DNA of 64,000 nucleotides, from the NCBI GenBank assembly GCA_012295275.1, contig CM022675.1, positions 8,866,001-8,930,000 of the forward strand, given 5' to 3'. This DNA comes from Chrysomallon squamiferum (taxonomy: Eukaryota > Animalia > Mollusca). The notes below the pieces were generated by a model. That model did not search any database. It saw only the letters and a list, made by a program, of their open reading frames with translations, and had not been told where the DNA came from. The translations under genes were made by a program, and so were the position numbers. Position 1 is the first letter of the stretch. Each line of letters opens with the position of its first letter. Shown piece after piece: positions 48,496 to 62,238 of this stretch.

Positions 48496-51400
48496 GGCCA
48501 CATTGAAATACATGTACACCAACACACATACACACACACATACACATACACACGCACACAATACGAAACAAATAATTTGATTAAGAAAGTGAATTACAGA
48601 ACTCCTTTCTGCTGCTAATCATTACTTGTTAAATATGGTGTGTTTGGTTTGGTTGCCAGGGGCAATGACTCGGGACAACAATAATCACTGTGTGTAGCAG
48701 ACGCAAACTTGGATATCGGCGATGTGTTCCTTAATTTGTTTCTTCCATAAGATCACCACTTTCACTGGGCTTGTTTTCAAGCAATTATGGTTTCCATCTG
48801 CCTGGCTGACATGATTTGGCAAGGCTGTTTGGTGAACAGAAATAAATAACAGCAGGAAAACTCAGCTAGATTTGTGTTGTCGTTTTGTCGCAATTTTCAT
48901 TCGGAACAATAGAGAATTTTTTGTCAGCCATTTTTATCCAGTTAGTCAGGTGCCCCATATATCATCTGTAAATAATACCTGCGTCATTTTTTGGTTTGTT
49001 TTAAAAAAAAAAAAAAAAAAAAAATCTTCTTTATTTTTAATGTCTTTTTTTTTTTTTTTTGTCACCTTACTTTTATTTTTATTTTATTTATTTAATCATT
49101 ATTATTATTATTTTTTTTTTTATTATTATTATTCTGTTTGTTTTTATTTATTTTATTTCATTTTATATTTTATTAGATCATTTTGTTTCATTTATTAAAA
49201 AACTATTTGTATTTATTTATTTATCTATTTTATTTTATATTTTGGGAGGTGTGCTTTGTATTTTATTTTATATTTATTTTTTATTTATTTTTTATTTTAT
49301 TTTGACTACCTGTCTTTTTGTGTGGGTTCATTACAACCTTTCATTTAATAATTATTCCTTTTATCTATCTTCATTTTTAAACTTTTATTGTATTACTCAG
49401 GGAAATTATCCTTAATACTGACTAGACTTCTACTTTTAAATATACATCATTTTTGTTTCATTTTCTTAATCCATAATGCATATAGGTATGTTTTGTTTTA
49501 TTTATTTATTCATTTATTTGTATATATATGTATGTATGTTTGTTTTTGTGTTTCTTTGTTTGTTTGTTTGTTTGTTCTTCAAAAAATTTCTAGATTCAGA
49601 CTAATCTTTTCACTTATCTAATCTATGAGCCTTTAAATAAATATTTTCCTTCTTTCATTTCTTTCCTTTTCTTTTCATTTCTTTTAAATTTAAAACTGCT
49701 ATTCCTGTGTGACTAATAAGTACTCCAATGACCTTTTTATAAACAGGACATATAAAAAGAATTAAAAAAAATAAAAATCTCTGATTATTTAAATAGAACT
49801 TATGACTGATAACATTTTTGTGACAGTCAGCATTAACATAATTTCTGCATAAATGGCTGTCGAATGATTTATCCTGAGCTATAGATAAACAATTTTCAGT
49901 TTCACCAAATTTTTATTAATTTAAGAACCGAGATGATGTTTTGCTTATTATTTTTTTAGTAAACTAACCTATCAAAATACAATTTTAATTTATTATTTAT
50001 TATGTATTACAGTTGTTATTTTATTAATTATTTAAATTACAAGTATGCAGCGCATGATTTTAAAATTTTAACATCTGATGAGAATAGTTATTTATTTAAT
50101 TTTATTATTTAAACGTTAAATAAATAAATAATCTTGTGTGTGTGTTTAAAATTCTAGTTTAATAAAATAAAATTAAAAATAAAAAATCTCAGCTTTCACT
50201 TAGACAACAGAGAAGAAATCTGTGCTGTGAGATTTAAAAATAATTGCTTTCTGTAATGGAAACTGCAGCATGTTAAGATGTTTTGTAGAGTCATTTAAAG
50301 CACTATTAATAGATTAAAATAGTTTTGTGAATGTAATTAATCACTGTATTAAAAACACGGACTTGAAACAGAATACAAGTACAGCTTCCTGTAGATGACA
50401 CAACACATACACCTCTGTCTTTCGTAACAAGGTATGGAGCACTGGAATGAACGGGAAAAAGCATAGATATAGTTATATAGATTATATATATATATATATG
50501 ATATACCTACAGGAATACATAAATAGATATACAGATATCTATCTATCTATCTATCAATAGAGATTTTGATTATAGACATCTATATTTGTGTGTGTGTGTG
50601 TGTGTGTGTGAATATATATGTGTGTGTGTAGATATGTATCTCATAATTTTAATATATAGCATAACATGACAACATAATATATAGAAATATAGATACAGAG
50701 ATAGGTTGATATGTGTATGTGTGTATATATATATATATAAAACATAACATTAATGTATGATAACATGACAACATAATGTAAAATATAATGTACAACATAG
50801 TGTATAATACATTGAAAACAGAATGATTCCTGTAAATATTTAATCTATTTGAAGAAAAGGTTGTTGTTTATTAAATGTTATTAAAATTTCTCTAATTATT
50901 ATAGACAATGATAATCTTACAAAAAACTGTGCTGGAACAGTAATTGTCAGTACCTACAATCAATAACAATTATTATAGTCAACAATTCAAACTGTATTGA
51001 CAGTCAGTAAATACAGCTATTACAATTATAGTGCTAATTAACCATGACATTGATATTAAAGTGAAGCTAATTATCAATTTATTTTTTTAAAAAATACCAA
51101 TAAAAAACAAAAAAAACATATCCTGATAGGAATGTAAAGTAATTCCACTAAACGACGACAAAAATATGTCCGAAAGAATTTCACTTGGTGCACAAAATGA
51201 AAGCTGCTTGTTGAGGGAGAGTATTTTGATTTTTCTCTCTCTTCGAGATTTTTCTTGGGTTCTGTGACAGTGTGTCATCATCTCACTAAGCTGGTTGACT
51301 AGATACAGTTGTTTCTTATTGATTTAACTCCAGGCCAGATTGCCAGAGCTGTACAAAGGAAAATATAGTTTTAAAAATTCTTGGAGATGTTGTTGTGGTT

Positions 51401-51619
51401 ATACGTCGGTGGTTGTTTTATTTTTTTTTTTTTTTTCGTTTTTTGCTTTCTTGCTGTTCATGTTCGTGTTATTTGTCTGGTTGTGGACACGGATGTTAAA
51501 AAGTGATGAGTGTAAATTGTTGTTTGGTTGTTAGTGTTATCTAAAAAAAATAAAAAAATAAAAATTGAAAGGGAAAAGGGTTGAATGAGGGGTGTAGGAT
51601 AGGGAAAGAGAAAGGGAAT

Positions 51620-51740
51620 TATGAGGTTGAAGGATAGGGAAAGGGAATTTAGGGAATATATTTATATAAAATAATAATAAATAAAAATAGACATCATATA
51701 TTCCCTGTATTCTACCCTTTCCCTATCCTTCAACCTCATA
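51620..51740. repeat. Long inverted repeat (hairpin) in the BAZ2B-like intron
   Basis: TATGAGGTTGAAGGATAGGGAAAGGG (51620-51645) is perfectly complementary to 51715-51740; pairing continues through AGGGAATATAT/ATATATTCCCT. Confidence 0.85.
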
Positions 51741-53464
51741 TATATTATTTTTTTAAAGGGCCATATTCATAAAGGTATAAATGTATTTACATTGTTTGTT
51801 TGTACACATCAGATATGCTTAAGAACAAAACAAAATAATTTGAAGATTTATAAAATGTATCAAGGCCATTTATTCCCATCATCTCTAGTATATATTAAAC
51901 AAAGAAATTATACTAAATATGTTTCATCCTTTTATTGGCAAAAACCTTTCATAGATTTTAACAAGAAACAAAATAATAGTTTTTGGATGTGCAAAACTGA
52001 TAATGTGCTAAACATATTTACACAGTAAATTTACACCATTGCAGATATTTATGCTGTAATAAAACAGTCATTTGAATGTGGTATAAAATTTATTTAAGCT
52101 GTTTATTCGCATTGTTGCTCACTTAAACAAATAAAATGAAAATAAATAAATAAATAAATACATAAATAAAATAAATTAAAAAATAATAATAATAAAAGAA
52201 ATAACAAAAATCCTGTTACTTAGAAATGTGTCAAATATTTACCCCCTTTCTCTTTGTTCCATATATATATATTATTAGATACTTGTTAAATAAAGAAAAA
52301 CAAATTTTTATTTATTTATTTATTATTAATTTTATATAAAAATTATTATTTGTCACATAACACACTTTGTTACACTTGGAGTTCACCTGTGTATTTGGCC
52401 TACTTGCAATGGTGACATAACAGATATCACATGACCTAGATAATAAAATACCTGAGTTTACCTGTTCAGAAAACATTTATTTTAGGTCAGCAAAGTTTGA
52501 AATAGTAAGGAAAATAGAGGACTTTTTAAAAGTCTTTTTCTTTATTTTATCATGTAACTTATATATGTATGGAACAAAGGGAAAGTGTTAAATTATATAT
52601 ATTTTTATATATTATATATTAAATTATAAATTATTCATATATATCATCAATTATTAGTTACCATGTTAATCCTGGCCTATTTTCCCATTTACACAACCAC
52701 AGAAAAACCTACCACAGGTCACCTACAAAACTACAAACAAAAATCAATGACTTGATTAGAAAATAGAGTTTAACCTTACACCCTCCATGCCAACAACAAC
52801 AACTACAACAACAACAAAAACATAAGACATGTTGTAGTAAAGACAAAATGTGTTTATTTTTATTATCTGAAATTTAAATATTTTTTGGGACAAAAATCCA
52901 ACACCACCACAACCATAAACAAAGACACAAACACCAGAGAAAAAAAAAAAAAAAAATAATAATAATGTAAATAAGATTAAATACTTAAAGACTACTTTCC
53001 TTATATCTATAATAAACAATTTTAATTTTATTATTATTATTATTATTATATCACAGAAATCATAACTGAATTTAGACAAAGTATTAACACCAGATTCTTA
53101 GACTAACAAAACAAATTACGTTAACCAAATTGGATGCAGAGTTTTACCCTTAATAATTTCTTCATTATTATTTTTTTTATTTATTATCTTTTACAAAATG
53201 TTCTGACTGGATTTAACATAAACAAAACAAAAATCCATTCTTAACCATTGTTTTAAGGTTGTTGTTTTTTTCTCATATTTTTTAAACAAAACAAAATCGA
53301 AGTACAAAAGACTTAATTAAACATCACAAAAGTGTCAGCTCTATTCCCATATCAACAGTTATTTTTCTAATTAACAAGGCGTGCCATTTCACAGTACTTC
53401 AGTATCATTAGTTGAGCTAATCACAAAAACTGTATAAATATATAGTCAGATAGCTTTACAGTGT

Positions 53465-54090
53465 CTTAATACATTGATAAAATGTTGCTGTTAATTAAGA
53501 CAGACAGAAAATAAACAAGTAAATATTTATCTGTATTTAAAAAACGTTAAATAGTCCTTTAGCTAGTTTCAAATACTAGTTGTATGGATTGATAAAACTG
53601 CAATAAAATGAACATAAACAACTAAATATTTGTCAGTATTTAAAAATACTGTTAAATAGATGTCATAGTATTTGCATGCATTGATAAAATATTGCTTTTA
53701 ATTGCAATAAAATGAAAATAACTAAATGTTTATAAATACCCCAAAAATATTGTTAAATAGGGCTGTATTATCTTCATAGCATCTTTATCGACTCAAAAAA
53801 TAGTGTTGTTAATTTCAAATCAATAGAAAATAAGCAACTAAATATTTATCAATATTTAAAAACATTATTAAATAAGCCTATTGTAGCATTATAGTGCCTT
53901 TATAGATTGATAAAATATTGTTTGTTACAAAAAAACTGAAAATAAGCAACTAAATATTTAAAAATATTGTTAAATAGGCCTGCTGTATCATCACAGTACC
54001 TTTATAGATTGATAAAATATTGTTGTTTATTACCCAAAAAAAACCATCCAGAAAATAAGCAACAAAATATTTATAATTATTTAAAAATGT
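53465..54090. repeat. Degenerate ~110-bp tandem repeat, ~6 copies
   Basis: Recurring ATTGATAAAA...AAATAAGCAACTAAATATTT...GTTAAATAG. Confidence 0.75.
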
Positions 54091-54127
54091 GAAGTTGAAA
54101 GAAACTCAAGTTTGAATAATTTCTTTG

Positions 54128-54170
<43 letters not shown>

Positions 54171-54797
54171 TTATTATTATTATTTATTTATTTTTTAACA
54201 CAATGGTAATGATATTATTATTAATGGGTTCCTTATTTAATAATGTTTTTACTTCCTGTTGCTCAAACAGTAATTATTACTATTATTATAGTTTTTTTTT
54301 TTTTTAATTTTGTTCTGTATTTTAATTACTATTACAGTCTTTCAATATTAGTCATGTTCCACAGTGGTTGAACAAATATTGTTATTTCCTTTATTTATTT
54401 TTTTTTTTTTTTAATGTATACGAATATTCTCAACCAAAAAATATTAAAATATCCTGTTGCTTCAACACTTATTTTTTTTCTCTTTTTTTTTTTAAAATTT
54501 AATTTTGTTCATTGGTACTCCTGTTACAATTTCAAAATGTACATAAAATTTATATGTAAAACATTTGGTCATGTTTTGGTTTTACATTTTTTTTTTTAAC
54601 TGAATTTTTCCTGACATTCAAAAATAACAAAAAATTGGTATTAAATAACATAAATGCTTGTTATTCTCTTGATTTCTTTTATTTTTTTTTTTTAAGAATT
54701 TTGACACCTGAAAACTAGACTTTAAAACAACATTTATATCATTTATTTCACTTAACTAAATAAACTTTTACATTTATTTATTATCATTGTCATTATC

Positions 54798-54881
<84 letters not shown>

Positions 54882-55052
54882 ATTATTTTTTGTTTGTTTA
54901 TTGGTTTTGACTGATAGATCTGTACTTCACTGAAATTAGTCTCCATTTACAAATGAATAAGAAGAAAAAAAAGAAAATTATCATTATTTTAATTAATTTA
55001 TTAATTAATCTTTAATTATTATCTTTCAGTTTGTGTACAGCTTGGTTATGCT

Positions 55053-55125
55053 ATGAGCAAAGAGGAAAAGTCGTCACCCAGTCCTAGTGGCCATGGACTC
55101 TTTGATGCAACAAACCACCTACTTG
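55053..55125 (+). CDS. BAZ2B: BAZ2B-like first coding exon
   Basis: Acceptor TTTCAG at 55029, ATG 55053, donor G|GTTAGA. Confidence 0.75.
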
Positions 55126-55815
55126 GTTAGAGTTATCTACCTTTATTTTCAAAAATTCTTTTTTCAGTTCATTCAGTGACTGATGATTAAATATAATAAT
55201 AATTTTATAGTAATAATGAATTATAAATCTCAGGCAATAACTTAAGAATATTAATTTGTTGTATCAAAATATTTTTATGGAACAGATCACCTCCTTTGTT
55301 GCAGTTATCTACCTTTATTTTTGAAAATCTTTTTCAGTTTATTCATGGTTAATTTAAATCTTTATTAATAATGGATTTATAAATATTAGTCAGTAACTCA
55401 AGAATATCAATTTAAGGACTTTTCATGCAAGAAACAACCTATTTTGTTAGAGTTATGTGCCTTTTATTTCTAAAAGTTTTTAGTTTTGTTTTTGTTTTAG
55501 TTTATTCAAATCACTGAGTAATTTAATGTGTTGGTATTTTTAGTCTAATATAATAATGACAAACAATGTATGTCAGTCAATAACTCATAAATATTAATTT
55601 ATTGTTCCATCAGCCTTTCAATGAACAAGTTTAGAGTTATCTAACTTCAGTACTGCTGATTTTCAAATAGTTCTTATCATGAATAATTTATATATATATA
55701 TATATGTTAATTTTCACAGCCTAATAATTAAACATATGAATATTAATGAATTTTGATGTAACGCAATTTCTAATTACAAATTAGCCATCGGTTTCATACA
55801 TTTTCAAATAATTCA

Positions 55816-55869
<54 letters not shown>

Positions 55870-56767
55870 TTATAATTATTTGAATCATTTATTATTATTT
55901 ACATACACATTATTCAGGTTATTTATTTTCAGTTTTTTTTAATAAAAATTTTAAAATGGAGTTGATAAAAGACTGGAGAAGTCTAATTGGCTATCAAAAA
56001 AAATGGACACACCCTTGCATAACCATCTTCCTGAATTCTTAATATATTCTTAACCCTACTTTTTATTTATTTATTAATTTATGTCAATTTTAAATATATA
56101 TATATACATATATATATATTTTATTTTTTTCTTTCTTTCTTTCTTTTCCTGCACAGGTCCACCCCCCATCAGCAGTGATTCCACCTCTAGTCCTAACCTG
56201 GTTTTCCCTCATCTTGGTCACCTCCCATCGTTTTCCCTGCTCTCCCCACCCCCTGGATTCCCTCCCGCGGCTTTCTTTGGATCACTGGGATTAGTTAATC
56301 CATTTCACGCGTTCGCTCATGGAACCAATCCTATTACAGGTGAGAGCTCAGCCATTACCGTACTTCGCTTTTTTTTTTTTTTTTACCTGTTGAGATATTA
56401 TTTCTGGTCTTAATTTTATTATTATTATTATTATTATTATTATATTATTATTATTACTATTGTTTTGCTGCTGTCACTGTTATTAGTATTATTATAGTGT
56501 TATTATTATTATTGCAGTTATTATTATTATTATATCATTTAATAATCAGTTATTAGAAGGAAATGTTTTGTAACATGGTTTTATAATTATGATTTTATGT
56601 TTAAGTAATGTTCATATGGACACATTTTTGTGTATGTGTGTGGATGTGTGTGTGTGTGTGTTTGTGAGTGTGTTTCTCTGTGTGTATGAACATATAAAGC
56701 ATACATTTTACATATTTAAAACCAACATACAAACATAAAAACAAATACAGCCACACACACAGACATA

Positions 56768-56841
<74 letters not shown>

Positions 56842-57425
56842 TACATACATTCAACATAGAGATACTTCTCTATTTAAGTTTGTAAATGTATTTCTAACAA
56901 GAAGAAATATCTGTTTGCGAAAGAATTCGGTTAAAAGATTTGCTTAGGAATAAATTTTTGATTAAGTTTTTATTTACTGAAAAAAAAAGAAATATGTATT
57001 ATTACATTGATGTATATAAAGGTTGTTTCTGTTTTAATTTAAATTATATTTTTATTATAAAAAAAAACAAAAACAAAAAACAACAAAATTAATAAATAGT
57101 TATCTTTATAAATAATGTATGTTTGGCTCCAGGTAAAATTAATGGGAAAGATAGCATGGAAGTTAAAATAGAAGTATTTTTAATAATGTGTGAGATAAAT
57201 AACATATGAAATAAATACTGCTTTTTAATAATGGAAACTGATACAAATTACCTGTCTTATTTTTTTTTTTCTTATTAATTTTTTTTTATGAAAGCTTATA
57301 TTTTAATGTATTTTATTTAAATTGCATTTAAATATTATTATTATGATTATTATTATTAACCACCTTTAATATTATTTTAATTGTTATTGTCATTATTACT
57401 ATTACAATTACTATAGTATTGTTAA

Positions 57426-57456
<31 letters not shown>

Positions 57457-59020
57457 TATATTATATTATTATTATTTATATTATTATTATTATTATTATT
57501 ATTATTTATTATTATTATTATTATATTTTTGTTGTAAAATCTAAATATACCCAGCATGCCACTGTCTTTATTTTGGTTGTTTTCTTTTTTTTTTTTCTTT
57601 TTTACTCAAATTTTAATTTTTCCTCTTCGTCTTCATTTCTGTTTTGTCTAAAAGTTCTAATGATAATTTTTACTAACACAAAATGGTTGACACCAGGTGG
57701 CGCTGAATGGTGGCGATCTGCTTCTGAGCATGCCCGGAGATTGGCGGGTGGAGCAGGGGTGGAGTATTATGCTGGTAGCCTTGGCAACAACCTTTCCCAG
57801 ACGTTTACAACTCTTGACGGACGTCTGGAACTTAGCCAGTCGGGGCTGGAAATCTTTCTTAGGTCTCCAAACGATGTAGACAGCAGTAAGAGTCATCATA
57901 GCTGTTGTCATCGATGTTGTTGTCGTTTGTTGTTGTTGTTGTCGTCGTTGTTTTGGTGTTGTGTAGTTTGTTGCACATAGTTGTTGCGCAAATTTTGAGT
58001 TTTTAAAAAATGGCCGTTTCGAGAATGTTTTTAACTGGTATATACTGAAATACTAGTTTTTTATTTTATTTTATTTTTTTATTTATTTTTTTGCTGTTTT
58101 AATTTGAATTTTTTAAATTCTGTAGTAAGTAGTACATCTACTGGATTTAAAAATTATTATTATTATTTATTTTTATTTTTTTTCAAATTTCTTACCGAAT
58201 TATTGAATTTTCTGTCTGTTAATTCTACAGTGAGTTATTGGATTTTGAGCTGATTGATTTCATACTCAGTTATTGGATTCTGTTTTGTTTTATCATTCCA
58301 TTTCTGAATAACCTGATTTTGTTGTTGTAATTCACTATTGGGTTTTTTGTTGGCATCGCCTTCCCTACCCACCCTAATTTCACCCCCACCTTGTCAGTAT
58401 AATGGTCTTCTTTGGTGTTTTAATTAATTTGTTCATCTGTTCATCTGTTACTGACATGAAAAGTATTTTGTCTGTCAGTTTGTTTTGTGTGGATCACATT
58501 ATGAGATTCATGCTTCTGTTTTACTAATATTTAACAGTTTAGTTTTAAGACTATGGGCTTGACATCCTCCAAGATATAGAATCAGTGCAGATCAGTGGAC
58601 TGAATTATTAATTTCCCTTTCTAATTAGTGCTCCATGAAGGCTAGTGTTTGTTATGCTGTTGTTGTTTTTTTGTCGGAGAACATGGTTATGAATATAATT
58701 CCTTGTTAATAATGGTGGCATGCTTTTGAATATTGTCATTCTTTTGAAATAATGTCTTCAGTATTCTTTATTTTTTTTAATTTATTGTTATGTTAATATA
58801 ATTTTAACAAGTTTTATTTTAATCATGACTTGTCTAGACTTGTTAAAAAAAAAAATATATATATATATATTTATTTTTTATGGAAACATTTCATTATGTT
58901 TTCTTTTCTGCTTCCTTTTTTTATATTTTCTTTCATTATAGAAATCTAAAAAAAAATAAAAAACAAAATTATTCTTATAATAAATAAAAAATAAATAAAT
59001 AAATAAAAAATAAATAAATA

Positions 59021-59056
<36 letters not shown>

Positions 59057-60257
59057 TGGTTTACAAATTTTTTAAATTATAATTTTATTACTATTTTTAA
59101 ATTCTGTGGTCATAATTTCTGGTCAAAAATTATTTAATTAAAATTAATGTTAATAAAATATTATTAATTTTTTTTTTTTTTTTTTTTTGGACATTTTTTT
59201 AATATAATATTATTTATTTTTTTTGGACATCTGATTTTTTTTAAAAAATATAATATATATATATTTTTACATTGTTCATCTATCAATCATTTTTTATATA
59301 AAAAAACTACATACATATATATATATATATTTTTTTTTTTACATTGTTGTTAATTACATTTATTTCTTAAACAAATCTTAATTTCTTTGTTTTAGCAAAT
59401 CACAGTAGATGACATAGATTCAGATACACATGCTTATTTTTTAATTAATTTTTTTTTTTTTGATATTTTAAATTATTTTACCATCCATCCTTCTCTCTCT
59501 ATTATTTTTTCTTTTCTCTTTTATCTCTTTTTTTTTCTTTTTTCTATTCCTGTTTCTCAAACATACTGAGAAAATTACTTGAAGTTCATGGATACATGTA
59601 AAAAAAAAAAAAAAATAATAATAAAAAATTGAACAAGAAAGAAAAACAACAAAAGAAAGAGAGGAGTGAAAATAAATTAACAAAAATTAGAATAAATAAT
59701 GAGAAAATAAACAAAAATAAATCACAAAGTTCTGAATCTAATAAGTAATATCAGATTAATAAACAGATTTTTTAATTTAGTTAGTTGCTGCATTGAAATA
59801 AATATCAAAGGAAGGGAGATAATTCACAAAATTTGTTGAATTAAATTATTTAAATGATGAATGCAGTAAAAACGGATTACAAAAACAAGAAAAAACCTGT
59901 ACATGTATGCATATATTATACACCCACGCATGCCCGCACACACACACACTCACACAAATGTACACTAACCAATAGTTATTAAATAAAATTTATTTTGAAC
60001 CTTTTCAAGTAAAATATGAAGAAAAGCAAGCTATTGAAGTAGAAGTGTTAAGAAAATGGATAGAATTTTTTTTATACATCAGTATGATTTTTGATGATGA
60101 TGATGATGATAATAATAGTATCAATCATAATAGTAATAATAATAATAGTAATAATAATGATAATAAAATTAATAACAGCAATACAATTTAATATTAATAA
60201 TCAAAATAGTGATAAAAGTAACAGTTAAATTAATAATGGTAATGCATTTTATTGATG

Positions 60258-60291
<34 letters not shown>

Positions 60292-60369
60292 CAATAATAA
60301 TATATTAATAAATTTAATAAAAATGATGATGATAATAGTAATAATAGTAACAATAAAATTAATATTAGA

Positions 60370-60407
<38 letters not shown>

Positions 60408-60984
60408 CAATAATAACAGTAATAATAATAAAATGAATAAATAATAAAAAATGATGATGATAATAGTATAATAGTAAAAATAAAATTAATAATAGAAATA
60501 ATGATAATAATAATAATAATAATAACAACAGTAATAATAATAAAATTAATAAATTTAATAAAAATTATGATAATAATAGTAATAACAGTAAAATTAATAA
60601 TAGAAATAATAATAATAATAATAACAGTAATAATAAAATTAATAAATTTAAAATGAACATGATAATAGTAATAATAGTAACAGTAAAATTAATAATAATA
60701 ATAATAGAAATAATAATAATAAATAATAATAATAATAATAATAATAACAATAACAGTAATAATAATAAAATTAATAAATTTAATAAAAATGATGATGATA
60801 ATAGTAAGAATAGTAACAATAAAATTAATAATAGAAATAATAATAATAATAATAACAGTAATAATAATAAAATTAAGAACAATAATACAATTTAATAAAA
60901 ATGATGATGATAATAGTAATAATAGTAAAAATAAAATTAATAATAGAAACAATAATAATAATAATAATAATAATAATACTAACA

Positions 60985-61023
<39 letters not shown>

Positions 61024-62207
61024 TTAATAAATTTAATAAAAAAGATGATGATAATAGTAATAATAGTAACAGTAAAATTAATAATAGAAATAATAACAAC
61101 AACAATAACAACAACAACAACAATGGTGTGTAATTTCTCGCGTTTGTTCTTCAGGTTCCCTTCTCTCAGGGGCTGTCAAACAGATGGCCGAGCACGCTGC
61201 AGCATTGGCATCTTCGCAGTCGCAGCACAGCAATTCCAAGTCGGCTACGAAGACGTCCAGCAACTCCCTTCTCAACGGCAGTGCGTCATTTCTCGAACAA
61301 TCGCCAAAGTTGATCAGGAAGAGGAAACCGAAGTCGGTGAAAACTACATCGGTCCTGTCGTCTTCTTCATCGTCTCTGGGAAAACCATTGCCATCATCGC
61401 CGTCACCACTGTGTGTATCATCGGCATCCCATGAACGCAGCATTTTAAAAGTGAGGAATGTTTTTTTTGTTTTTTTATTTATCAGTGATTTTTAAATATT
61501 TAAATGAGAGAGGTCAAAGTGTAGGTGGGACAGGGTATGATAAATTTTGTTTATTTGCATATGTTACCTGAATTAATATTTAAATGAGTGAGGTCAAATT
61601 AAAATGGGGTTGGAGTTAATAAATTATTTACAAATGTTTTTTTTGTGATTTAATATTTAAATGAGTGAGGTCAGGATTTGCATACCATATTTTGTTTATT
61701 TACAGATTATTAGTTTAATTTCTTGTTAAACTGTTGTGGTGAATAGTTTACCTAAATATACACTGTATAATGATTGTTACTGGAGACCAGACTTTGCCTA
61801 TAATAAAGTATCGTAATGTGTTAAATCCTTTTGGTTTTTAGAATTCTTGCAATTCATTCATGTGTATTTTCCAAATTTATTTTTACATCTTTTTATAATA
61901 TTCTTGTTATTATTTATTTATTTTTAATTTTGCATGCTTATTTTTATTCTACTGTTTGTTTGATTGATTGATTGAATAAGCATAATTTTATTTAATTTTA
62001 TTTTATTTTATTTTATTTTATTTATTTATTTATTTATTTATTTATTTTATATATGCTTATTTTTAATTTATTGTTTGCTTGATTGATTGATTCTGCATTA
62101 TTTATTTTATTTTTTTATTTATTTTTTTATTTATTTATATATGCTTATTTTATTTTATTGTTTGACTGACTGATTGATTGATTGATTTTGGATTATTTTA
62201 TTTTATT

Positions 62208-62238
<31 letters not shown>

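Noticed and set aside
54798-54880. (AAT)n(ATT)n palindrome
   Set aside because: Ordinary compound microsatellite; cruciform potential but no sign of function
60169-61443. Poly-L/I/N ORFs and the antisense ORF 61078-61443
   Set aside because: Products of the AAT satellite or shadow frames of the real BAZ2B-like exon
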